Assembly (NCBI GenBank): GCA_965204375.1
Contig: OZ241986.1
Location: forward strand, 608,001-672,000
Reading direction: 5' to 3'
Length of the DNA stretch: 64,000 bases
Source: Candidatus Latescibacterota bacterium
GTDB lineage: Bacteria; Latescibacterota; UBA2968
In this document: positions 51,308-59,637 of the stretch, piece after piece
How the letters are laid out: each line of letters opens with the position of its first letter
Numbering within the stretch: position 1 is the first letter of the stretch
The notes under the pieces: generated by a model
Databases searched by the model: none
What the model saw: only the letters and a program-made list of their open reading frames with translations
What the model was told of the DNA's origin: nothing
Made by a program: the position numbers and the translations under genes

Positions 51308-51426
51308 TTGGACTTGACCCGCTTTGGTGGATAATAGCATAAACACCCCCATCACCTATGAAAAACTGATGGACAAGATGATTGGCGTGAAACTTCTACA
51401 CTATCTACTGAACCGGAATAACTCCA
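51308..51426. mobile_element. MITE-B, complete copy
   Basis: TGGACTTGACCCGCTTTGGTGGATA...TATCTACTGAACCGGAATAACTCCA (TG...CA ends). Confidence 0.75.
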
Positions 51427-51539
51427 GAAAACGTTGATTTCGTTGGCGGAAACTGATGAAAAGCTGACAGAGGAACTCAGGAGGCATATCAATCTGCCCT
51501 CCAATTTTTACGACGATTAGCTGTCATAGAGGAGGAGAA

Positions 51540-51770
51540 ATGGATAATTTTTTAATTGTAACCAACACAAGCAAACATACATTTTGCGATGAACTCTCAG
51601 AAAACAAAGAGTTAGGCTACAGCGTAACTTCTTTTTTTGTTACAGATAACGGCAGTAGTGTTCGTTATACCGCTCTAATGGAAATAGACGAAGATGCTAA
51701 AACAATAATGGCGAATCGCAAAGCAATAGGCCAAATCCTAAATAAATCTACTGGCGAAAACTCATCATGA
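51540..51770 (+). CDS. Small hypothetical protein
   Basis: GGAGGAG RBS. Confidence 0.5.
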   Translation: MDNFLIVTNTSKHTFCDELSENKELGYSVTSFFVTDNGSSVRYTALMEIDEDAKTIMANRKAIGQILNKSTGENSS

Positions 51771-51887
51771 CAGTTTTGCGTCGGGGATTATGTATTATAG
51801 TGCCGAGAACATAATCCACATAATCCCACAATAAAAAAGCTGGCTACTCACTGATAAAGAAGCGGCCAGCTTTTCCTCTAAAATGAT

Positions 51888-52364
51888 TTAGGTACTGCCT
51901 TTTATTCTACGTTGCATCATTCTTCTTTTTCTGTAATATTCCGGGTTATATTTGCTTCCATCAGCCTTTTGTGGTGTTTGTGTCTTGGGCCTCACAGGAC
52001 CTTTAGACCCAAACCATTCTGACAGCTTATCTTTCGCCAGATTCGCTGTTTCAGCCGTCATATATGCTCTGGCAAGACCCAAAGCTGTTGCTAAAACTCC
52101 CGCATCATCTCCATACCCAACCAGAGGTGTCATATCAGGGACCGCATCTATTGGGATAATAAAGTATGCTAAGGCACTATAAATCGCGGTTTTTACCGTG
52201 ATCGGTGTTCCTTCTTGCTTTGCGGTATAGTAAAGCTCTAGCGATTTTTTAACAACTGCCCTACCCGCGGTAGTAGCTTGATTAGACAGTTTATCCCAAA
52301 ATCCACGCTCCGTGTACTTCTCTGGCTCTGGTAACGAGGGACTCTTACGATTTCCGCTTTGCAT
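51888..52364 (-). CDS. YkvA/DUF1232 membrane protein with basic C-terminal tail
   Basis: FWDKL, ALAYFIIPIDAVPD..GYGDD; GGAGG RBS before ATG 52364. Confidence 0.85.
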   Translation of the reverse strand: MQSGNRKSPSLPEPEKYTERGFWDKLSNQATTAGRAVVKKSLELYYTAKQEGTPITVKTAIYSALAYFIIPIDAVPDMTPLVGYGDDAGVLATALGLARAYMTAETANLAKDKLSEWFGSKGPVRPKTQTPQKADGSKYNPEYYRKRRMMQRRIKGST

Positions 52365-52422
52365 CTCTACCTCCGGTGTGAGTGTTAGCCCATAATCCGG
52401 CACCCCGGTTTGGGTGCCGGGC

Positions 52423-52561
52423 GGTATCAACACTCGCGCAGTAGAGATGCGGGAAGTCCTACTTATTTACCAAGGCTTGGGGAGCTACCCCTCGCCTATG
52501 TGATTGGTTATTGTATTCGGCAGGCCACCCGACATACGGGCACCGCACGAGCGTTGATACC
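52423..52561 (-). ncRNA. Candidate structured RNA, copy 1 (139 nt)
   Basis: 20-bp closing stem with G-U pairs on the minus strand, inner hairpins, promoter directly upstream. Confidence 0.65.
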
Positions 52562-52564
52562 TGT

Positions 52565-52593
52565 ATGATACAATAGCCTTTTCTGTAAGTCAA
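52565..52593 (-). promoter_or_regulatory. Sigma70-type promoter for RNA copy 1
   Basis: TTGACT-17 nt-TATCAT. Confidence 0.7.
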
Positions 52594-52747
52594 AACATAA
52601 ATCCCTATCTAATCTGATTGACGGGTTTTGTGTTGTACAACACGAGGGGCACATGTTGCCTGCCATAGTTTGACATTTGATTCTGGAAATCCTATTTTGT
52701 TACTTTGAAATAGGCAAGGCATGCGCTGATTCTAAAAGAAGATAAAG

Positions 52748-53236
52748 ATGGCTAAGGGCGACCATATTTGTGTAAGTAGAGGACTCTACTGGCATCATGG
52801 AATTGATCTCGGAAATGGCCGAGTCATACACTATACGGGGTACCCTGGGGATAAGGGCAGAAATGCCGCTATTAAAGTTGAAAGTATCCAAAAATTTGCC
52901 AAAGGAAGGGAAATTTACTACGGAGACTCTAAAGCGCAATATTCGCATGATGAAATTGTGAGGCGTGCCGAAGGTCGGATTGGTGAAGAGGACTACGATA
53001 TCGTCGGCAACAATTGCGAACATTTTGTGAACTGGTGCAGAACTGGCCGACATAAGAGCCAGCAAGTCAATACGGCGGCGGCTTTGGTTACACCTGCTGC
53101 ACCTTACGCGTACCTTAAACAGAAATTCGGTGCTCCGACACCTCCGGCACCACAAAAGGCTGACGGCAGTAAATATAATGCGGAATATTACAGAAGAAAA
53201 AGAATGATGCAACGCAGAATAAAGGGTAGCACCTAA
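52748..53236 (+). CDS. LRAT-like (permuted NlpC/P60) protein with basic C-terminal tail
   Basis: KGDHI, YWHHGI..G.VIHY, NNCEHF. Confidence 0.88.
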   Translation: MAKGDHICVSRGLYWHHGIDLGNGRVIHYTGYPGDKGRNAAIKVESIQKFAKGREIYYGDSKAQYSHDEIVRRAEGRIGEEDYDIVGNNCEHFVNWCRTGRHKSQQVNTAAALVTPAAPYAYLKQKFGAPTPPAPQKADGSKYNAEYYRRKRMMQRRIKGST

Positions 53237-53642
53237 ATCATTTAATCGGTCGATTTTTTTTATGAATGAGTGTCTAAATGGAGGCAGAAATACATTTTTC
53301 AGGGCCTGTTTTTGGGCGTATTTGCACAAAAAAACGCCAATTTGCGGGCCTGGGTACACTGAAAAAGGGCAATTTAGGGGCTTTTTACAATATTCGAGGC
53401 GAGCAAGGCGTAGTCTGTTTTTGTGTTGGAAGGCGCTGAACAGCCATAAATGGGTCAGGTAAAGGAAAAAAACAGCGTTTCTGTGGTGACATGGTAGCAA
53501 AAGGGCGTGTTTTTGCTCAAAATGCCCCGCATGCGGTTCCGCCCTCAGTGTGTCATCCTGCCCAAGTAAGCGGACATGTTGGGTGCAAAAGCCCGTCGAT
53601 CGTTCTGATTAACGGGCTTTTGTGTTGTACTCGAGGCGGGTT

Positions 53643-54335
53643 TTACCGCCCTTTTTCCCATATTGCGTTATAGGCGGGGCTGGTGTTCGTGAACTCTGTT
53701 GTCAGGCTTATCCTGCCTTTTCCGAGGGTCTCCACAACGATTAACAGCTTTACCTCGGTCACATTATCCGGGAAAGGTTTTCCCCCCAATCCTCTCATGT
53801 CTTTCCATTCGGATATGAACGCCTGACCGTCGTAATTCAAAAACCGCCTTGTCCAATCCTCTGGCGAGTCCCAAGCGTTGGTATTAAATGACCGCTGCAT
53901 CCGGTAGCCGCCTGAGCTGTACCGCTCGGCCAGTTGCTTTTTGATTGCCTGGTATTTAGGCATGATATTCTCGCCACCATTCCCCACGTCCATTTCATCC
54001 GACCAGGCCCACAGCTTAAAAAGCCCGTGATCGGGCGTGAAATATAGCCGAAAGAGGGTAAAGTCAGCCTCTTTCGGCTCCTCAGAAAAGAGGCCGGAAA
54101 ACAGATCGAGGGCTGATTTTTCCGGGGGTGTATCAGCCAGTTTAAGTATAATGGAGCGTCGATAGCCCACCGAGTCAATGTCTGTTATCTCGAAGCCTTT
54201 GAGGGCCTTAACTTCATCAAAAGGCATCCCCATATAGAACTCAAAGGAATAGACGCCGGGCGGTTTTGTCTGGGCGGTCGCTGATGCGACAAGTAGCACC
54301 AGTGAGGTCAATAGTGTGCGGGTTAAAGTCAACAT
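53643..54335 (-). CDS. Secreted hypothetical protein
   Basis: Signal peptide MLTLTRTLLTSLVLLVASATA-Q; AAGGAG RBS. Confidence 0.65.
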   Translation of the reverse strand: MLTLTRTLLTSLVLLVASATAQTKPPGVYSFEFYMGMPFDEVKALKGFEITDIDSVGYRRSIILKLADTPPEKSALDLFSGLFSEEPKEADFTLFRLYFTPDHGLFKLWAWSDEMDVGNGGENIMPKYQAIKKQLAERYSSGGYRMQRSFNTNAWDSPEDWTRRFLNYDGQAFISEWKDMRGLGGKPFPDNVTEVKLLIVVETLGKGRISLTTEFTNTSPAYNAIWEKGR

Positions 54336-54370
54336 GTGTTGCTCCTTTGTGTTGGGTGGTGAGTACACAC

Positions 54371-54405
54371 AAAAAGCACCTGGAAACACGCGCTCCAGGT
54401 GCTTT
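54371..54405 (-). terminator. Terminator-like hairpin in the leader of 53643..54335
   Basis: Minus strand AAAGCACCTGGA...TCCAGGTGCTTTTT. Confidence 0.6.
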
Positions 54406-54512
54406 CTATTTTTCCCAAATAGTCTTGAAAAACTTCTACAGTTTTCGCGTGGACTTTTCGCATGGTGGACTTTCTGCGAGGTGGTTGTGGCACTCAAAAT
54501 TGAGTGCCGGGC

Positions 54513-54651
54513 ACAGTCCACCGTCACGCAGAAAGATGCGATTAAGCCCTGCCTGTTTACCCTAGATCGGGGAGCTACCCGTCACCGTTAATGGGCTATT
54601 GTATTCAGCAGGCTACCCGACAAAACGGGTATCTGCCTGACAATGGACTGT
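54513..54651 (-). ncRNA. Candidate structured RNA, copy 2 (139 nt)
   Basis: Same architecture as copy 1 with a different but pairing closing stem. Confidence 0.65.
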
Positions 54652-54655
54652 TGCC

Positions 54656-54684
54656 AGAATACAACCACAGGCAGGGGGTGTCAA
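54656..54684 (-). promoter_or_regulatory. Sigma70-type promoter for RNA copy 2
   Basis: TTGACA-17 nt-TATTCT. Confidence 0.7.
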
Positions 54685-54692
54685 TATAAATA

Positions 54693-55022
54693 TCACGTAT
54701 CGAACCAACCGACCATTTGCTCAGCGGCTTGCTTTTTCGCCTTTGGTGTGATGTGCATTGCAATAGCGGCGACTGTGCTGATCAGTACGCCGAGGTCGTC
54801 TGTGAACCCGAACACTGGCGTTGGGTCAGGTATGGCATCAATGGGCGATATGAAATAGGCCAGTGCCGCGAAAACTGTGGCCTTCGCCCACTTGGGCGTA
54901 TCCTTTGATTCGGCAGTGTAATACAGCCATAGAGCTTTTTCAATCACATCGCGGCCAGCTTTGCGAGCGAATGTTTTGATCTTCTGCCAGAAATCGGCCT
55001 CGCTAAAATCCTTGTCGGCCAT
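54693..55022 (-). CDS. YkvA/DUF1232 protein without the tail
   Basis: FWQKIK, ALAYFISPIDAIPD..GFTDD; GGAG before ATG 55022. Confidence 0.85.
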   Translation of the reverse strand: MADKDFSEADFWQKIKTFARKAGRDVIEKALWLYYTAESKDTPKWAKATVFAALAYFISPIDAIPDPTPVFGFTDDLGVLISTVAAIAMHITPKAKKQAAEQMVGWFDT

Positions 55023-55153
55023 ATACGGTCTCCATCGAAAAATCCCACAGCTTAAAGTTCTGTGGGGTAGTTGAACGGACCTTGCTCTTGTCCGCAAGGG
55101 GGGAATGAGGCGATTCAGCAATGCGGTGCTTAAATCGCTTCTGTGGGCGTCTG

Positions 55154-55375
55154 TCAGGGGAGTCCGATACTTTCCGAAAATTCCAGTGGGGCGTTGTCGG
55201 CCCTGACCAACTGGCCAGTGAGGTACTGCTCCAAGATGGAACGGATGACAGTGTTTCGAGTATCCCACGAGTTACCGGCGGCGCGGTCGAGACGTACAAC
55301 GATACCGCGCGGGATTTTTGCAGCAACAATCATCAGCTCCCTTTTTGGCGGCGGCTTTCCGTTGGATTTGCTCAT
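55154..55375 (-). CDS. Ribbon-helix-helix-like protein
   Basis: IVAAKIPRGIVVRLD...TRNTVIRSILEQYL. Confidence 0.6.
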   Translation of the reverse strand: MSKSNGKPPPKRELMIVAAKIPRGIVVRLDRAAGNSWDTRNTVIRSILEQYLTGQLVRADNAPLEFSESIGLP

Positions 55376-55683
55376 GATGCCCTCCTGTTCAGGAATAGAC
55401 GTGCAGAGTATCGGTCGCCTTTGCGTACCCAGCCCGGTTCAATATGTGGCTCTGTCCCCATCGAAATACGCGATCCATCGACAAAGGCGATTGAGTCAAT
55501 CCTGACGCTATCAATCTCCGGCTTTTCGTTTTCCAAAATAGCGTCAAGATCTCCCTGGTGATCTTTCCATACGCGCAGGGCGATGGTGTCGGAAATATCT
55601 GATTGATACCGCTCAAATTCTTGCTCTTGCAAGTCCTCAATCCTGTCCCTCATCCGCTCAATGCGCGGGTCGATTGCTTCCAT
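55372..55683 (-). CDS. Hypothetical protein
   Basis: AAGGAG RBS; ATGA overlap with next gene. Confidence 0.55.
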   Translation of the reverse strand: MEAIDPRIERMRDRIEDLQEQEFERYQSDISDTIALRVWKDHQGDLDAILENEKPEIDSVRIDSIAFVDGSRISMGTEPHIEPGWVRKGDRYSARLFLNRRAS

Positions 55684-55717
55684 TGAAGTCTCCTTGTTGA
55701 ATGTTTTCGAGTACGGG

Positions 55718-56308
55718 TTATTGTAAGGACGTGGGCAATGGACGCCTGACCATTGGGGCGTCAAAGTCGATGCTGTTTGAGTAGTCCAGCGGCGCGTCGT
55801 CTGCCCTGATCAATTCCCCATTGAAATACTGATCGAGGACTTTTCCTATCACCTGATTGCGGGAATCATGAGAGTTGCTTTTGGCCTTCTCAATCTTCGC
55901 CAAAAGTGGCCGAGGGATCCTCACAGACACCAGCTTGAGATTGTTTGTCCTGGGCTGTCCAACAAGGCGTTTGGTCTGGCGCTCGATGCGGGCTTTCTCT
56001 TTCCATTCCAGCGACACGGCTTGCCCTCTCGATAATCCAGTGTCCAGGCATTCAGCACGCCAGACGGATCCCGGCTTTAAGCCTTGCCCGATCGGGCTGT
56101 TTTTTGTGCGGGAATGCTCTTTGATCCTGTCAACAATTCTGCCCTCTGTGGCCTCGACAAAGGTTTGACCATTGGCAAGGGTTATTCGATAGACCGAGTA
56201 ATGGCTTTCGTCCTCTGGGGGATCCGTGAGGTGGTATCCACAAAGACCCTTCTCGACAGGCGGCAAGAGACAATACAGATGCTTGCAATAGTTCTTCAGA
56301 ATGTCCAT
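55718..56308 (-). CDS. Degenerate GIY-YIG-like domain fused to an RHH-like domain
   Basis: SVYRIT..TFVEAT..DRIKEH; C-terminus similar to 55154..55375. Confidence 0.5.
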   Translation of the reverse strand: MDILKNYCKHLYCLLPPVEKGLCGYHLTDPPEDESHYSVYRITLANGQTFVEATEGRIVDRIKEHSRTKNSPIGQGLKPGSVWRAECLDTGLSRGQAVSLEWKEKARIERQTKRLVGQPRTNNLKLVSVRIPRPLLAKIEKAKSNSHDSRNQVIGKVLDQYFNGELIRADDAPLDYSNSIDFDAPMVRRPLPTSLQ

Positions 56309-56547
56309 ATCACTCCTTTTGTTTCAGTATTACGGGATATAGAAAAAGCCCCCGGCGATCTTCTGCCAGAGGCTTGTGTGAATGTACTCGAGTCGGGCGC
56401 CGATGGTTGGGGGACTGTTCACCGCGCCCGACGCCCTCAATGCACAAAAACCTCTGAAACCCCTATTTTTAAGCTGTCTGAGAAGCGATAGACGTGTCTC
56501 CCCCAAGCACGTTTTTAATTATCGCCTCTCAGACGCCTCTAATCCTC

Positions 56548-57309
56548 TCAATCCTTGTCGAATGCGCGGCTTATCAAATCAGATGCCTCTTTTTTGGTCA
56601 CGCGCACCTCGCCGTCTTTTGGTGGAGTCTTCAGCTTGCGGTTAATCTCGTCGGCAAGGTCGGGGTCAGTCTTGTTGCTCTTTGCGATGTTCTGCAAAGC
56701 CACAATCTGTTTCGATGTAGCCGCTTCACCTGGGCCTACCTCAAAGCGAGCGTCCGATTGATGCCGAGGCGGAGGGGTTGGATCGTTGAGCCAATCATGG
56801 CCGGGGTCTTCAATCCCGTTGTCTGGCGGATCGTCGTAGCGGCCATTGTGATGCCCGTTGTTGCTGGCCTGGCGGTTGGCCTGGTCATTATCTCCATCGT
56901 AGAGGTGTAGGCCAATGCCGAAGGTCGAACAACACTTTTTGAGCGCATCGACGGCGGCCACTTTCATTGCATCGCCTAATGGGAATCCGCGGTTGATTGT
57001 GCCGTGCCCGAAGTTTTCCCTGGTAATTGTTCGGCCATCCTCAAGGGTGATCGAGAGCGAGCCTTTGACGGCGACATGAGAATCAGTAAGTCCTGCCACT
57101 TCAGTCCGAAAGTTCCAGGCGAAGGGAAAGAGCGCATCGAGGCGGCGCGTGTACTCGGGGTGTCCCACATACGAGAGCGGCTTGTTGCCTGTTCCTGCGT
57201 CCTGGCGAACCTTTATCACGTTACTGGGGAACGGCACATAACACTCGCCAACGATCTGCTCAACGTCCACTTCTGGCAGTAAAGCGGTTTCTGCGGTGAT
57301 TGCTTCCAT
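56548..57309 (-). CDS. Rad52/Rad22-family single-strand annealing protein
   Basis: LSYV...RRLDALF..W, MKVAAVDALKKCCSTFGIGLHLY. Confidence 0.85.
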   Translation of the reverse strand: MEAITAETALLPEVDVEQIVGECYVPFPSNVIKVRQDAGTGNKPLSYVGHPEYTRRLDALFPFAWNFRTEVAGLTDSHVAVKGSLSITLEDGRTITRENFGHGTINRGFPLGDAMKVAAVDALKKCCSTFGIGLHLYDGDNDQANRQASNNGHHNGRYDDPPDNGIEDPGHDWLNDPTPPPRHQSDARFEVGPGEAATSKQIVALQNIAKSNKTDPDLADEINRKLKTPPKDGEVRVTKKEASDLISRAFDKD

Positions 57310-57379
57310 TGGATAATCCTTTCAATGGTTGGGGGTTATGGGCGACACAAGGCCGCCCTGGTTGTCAGCTTCGTGGGGG

Positions 57380-57568
57380 TTAGACCTGCGTGATGATCCG
57401 ATCATTTAGCCGCCGCGCGATCTTTTTATACTGCACTTCTGCGGCCTGTTCTGAAGGGTAGCGGATTGCTTCGATATTGCTCCTGCCTTCAAACACAATA
57501 TCCCGATGTTCGAGCCGTATATCTCTCCCGTCGAGAGCAATGAGACGCTTGCCATTTTCGATCCACAT
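57380..57568 (-). CDS. Small hypothetical protein (MW family)
   Basis: AGGAG RBS; paralog of 58225..58410. Confidence 0.65.
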   Translation of the reverse strand: MWIENGKRLIALDGRDIRLEHRDIVFEGRSNIEAIRYPSEQAAEVQYKKIARRLNDRIITQV

Positions 57569-57648
57569 AGGGCTGTGTCTCCTGTGAGAGTTGGGCGACT
57601 TCGAGAGCCGCGCCAGGTGGTCGGTTGACTACTGCACTGGCGGTACGG

Positions 57649-57906
57649 CTATTCGCCATCGGCGCCCGGATCCGCAAAGCTGTTCGAGGTGAGAAATTCA
57701 TACGCCTTGTTCAGCACCAAAACAGCCTTTGGTATATCGTTCACCTTCAAGCTGTTGGTGGTCTGCCAGTTGCCCTCTTTGTCCAGGTAACTGCGCTGAA
57801 AGCTGACAGTGCGGACGGTCAGCTTTTCACCGCCTCGATCAAACTCTTGCTCGTAGATCGAGGCCGAACATAAGCCGTGACGGAATGTTATTTCGGGTTG
57901 TGGCAT
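57649..57906 (-). CDS. Small putative nucleic-acid-binding protein
   Basis: SASIYE..TVSFQRSYLDKEGNWQTTNSL; AGGAG RBS. Confidence 0.6.
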   Translation of the reverse strand: MPQPEITFRHGLCSASIYEQEFDRGGEKLTVRTVSFQRSYLDKEGNWQTTNSLKVNDIPKAVLVLNKAYEFLTSNSFADPGADGE

Positions 57907-57960
57907 TGTGGTTCTCCTGTTGGATGCGGGCGACCTTGAGAGCCGCCCAGGTGGTTAGGG

Positions 57961-58191
57961 TTATTCTGCGGCAAAGTCGGTGTCCCAGGAAAAGCTGTAT
58001 TCCTCTGGCGAGTCCGTGAACTCTTGGCAAAGCTGTTCGAGCTTCTCGACAAATTCCTCTGGCTTGACTGTGACCAGCCCGAAGAACTTGAGACGGACAA
58101 CAAACTTTTCGGGTGTGTGTGCCTTTTCTATGGTGGTGGACTGCTCAATTGCCTCGCCGATCTCGGTGGGCGCGTCCTCATATTCTGCCAT
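57961..58191 (-). CDS. Small acidic hypothetical protein
   Basis: AAGGA RBS; 76 aa, Glu-rich. Confidence 0.55.
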   Translation of the reverse strand: MAEYEDAPTEIGEAIEQSTTIEKAHTPEKFVVRLKFFGLVTVKPEEFVEKLEQLCQEFTDSPEEYSFSWDTDFAAE

Positions 58192-58224
58192 GTGCAGTGT
58201 CCTTTCTCGCCTTGTGGTCGGGGG

Positions 58225-58410
58225 CTATATGATCAAGCCGCTTTCTGTCAGGCGGTTGACTATGGTGTTATACTGGGCGCTCGCGGCTTGCGGTGATGGA
58301 TAACGGATGATCTCGATGTCGCGGCCATTGTCGAAGACGATCTCGCGGCATTCCAGCTTGATGTCTCGACTTTCGAGAGCAATCAGCCGCTGGCGGCTTT
58401 CTACCCACAT
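58225..58410 (-). CDS. Small hypothetical protein (MW family)
   Basis: GAGGA RBS; paralog of 57380..57568. Confidence 0.65.
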   Translation of the reverse strand: MWVESRQRLIALESRDIKLECREIVFDNGRDIEIIRYPSPQAASAQYNTIVNRLTESGLII

Positions 58411-58461
58411 TGTTTTGATCCTCTTGTGTGTGACGGGCGACCACGCGGGCCGCCCAGGTGA

Positions 58462-59160
58462 TTAGAATACGTTGGCCTCTTTCATCGAGAGAAACCGCTC
58501 GGATCCAATGATCAGATGATCGACCACTTCGATGCCGAGGATTTCGCCAGCCTGAACCATCCGGCGCGTAAGCTCGATGTCCTCACGAGAGGGCGTTACG
58601 TCTCCAGAAGGATGGTTATGCCCAAGTATCACCGAGGCGGCACTTGTCCCGACTGCGGGGGCAAACACTTCTCTCGGATGCACAAGAGAGGCATTGAGGG
58701 ATCCGATGCTGATTGTCTCAGTCTTCAAAATCTGATTGCGGGCATTCAGATAGACACAGACGAAATGTTCACGCTTCAAATTCTTTATATGGCGAAGCTC
58801 AGGGAGTACATCGAGCGGGCTTGTTATGGACGGCTCTGTACCCATGCCCTGGTTAAGAACACGTCTCGAAAACTCTATCGAGGCTTGCAGGGTCAACAGT
58901 TGGGATTTCGTGAGGTCGTTCCCTTTGAGTTGTTGGTTGACAATCTGCCCGGGCGGATGTTCAATTTGAAAATTTGCCAAAGTCTCAAGCGGGTTCTGTT
59001 TGAGGAATGACTTGGTTTTTGTCAACGCTCCGGTCTTTCCTCTTTGCGGCATTCGCAGAACCAGGGCGAGCAGTTCTTCTGCGGCCAAAGATTCTGGGCC
59101 GTTTCTTTGGAGTTTATAGATGGGCTGATCCGCTTCCTGGATGCGGTTGAGTTTATACAT
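58462..59160 (-). CDS. radC: RadC (JAB domain) protein
   Basis: VHPREVF, HNHPSGD..PS.ED, DHLIIG. Confidence 0.93.
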   Translation of the reverse strand: MYKLNRIQEADQPIYKLQRNGPESLAAEELLALVLRMPQRGKTGALTKTKSFLKQNPLETLANFQIEHPPGQIVNQQLKGNDLTKSQLLTLQASIEFSRRVLNQGMGTEPSITSPLDVLPELRHIKNLKREHFVCVYLNARNQILKTETISIGSLNASLVHPREVFAPAVGTSAASVILGHNHPSGDVTPSREDIELTRRMVQAGEILGIEVVDHLIIGSERFLSMKEANVF

Positions 59161-59187
59161 TGAGGTTTCCTCCTATTCGTTGGGGGT

Positions 59188-59637
59188 TTAGCCGAAGATG
59201 GCCTTTGATGCAGCTGCGGCAGCCTCGTTTTTATCTGTGTAATCCACACCATTGATGCGATAGATTTTTTGCTCATCTTCAGCTTTGCGAGCTGGTGCAG
59301 GAACTGGCGTATCTTCGGGGGTCTCTCCATTGGCCGAATCTCCACCATTGGGCGGGTAGTCCTTCGAGTACCGCGGGGGCGGATATTCACCACCATTGTC
59401 TTTATTCGCGTGGTATTCGGCCCTGCGCTCGGCACTGGCTTTTTTCGCATCATCTCGCTTTTTGATGCGAGCCAGTGCGTTGTCGATCATTTCGCTCGCC
59501 TTCTCTTTGGTTGCGCGTGGACTGTTCAGCCAAATAGCAATGCGGTGGGCTTCTTCCGCGGTGAATACCGAAGAAAGCAACAACTGATTGAGCCGATGCC
59601 GTTGTCGCGGGGTTGGCTTTTCTGTTGCGGTGTCCAT
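59188..59637 (-). CDS. Hypothetical protein, first gene of the leftward operon
   Basis: AAGGAG RBS; PTPRQ..L and TKEKASEMI motifs also present in the Rad52 C-terminus. Confidence 0.6.
   Translation of the reverse strand: MDTATEKPTPRQRHRLNQLLLSSVFTAEEAHRIAIWLNSPRATKEKASEMIDNALARIKKRDDAKKASAERRAEYHANKDNGGEYPPPRYSKDYPPNGGDSANGETPEDTPVPAPARKAEDEQKIYRINGVDYTDKNEAAAAASKAIFG

Noticed and set aside
52700-53500. 266-aa minus-strand ORF and similar antisense ORFs (e.g. 5399-6067, 11068-11835, 25645-26481)
   Set aside because: Shadows of motif-supported genes on the opposite strand, with no motifs of their own
52423-54651. Calling the structured RNAs retron msr-msd or a named riboswitch
   Set aside because: No RT in the window and no recognisable aptamer consensus; kept only as hypotheses
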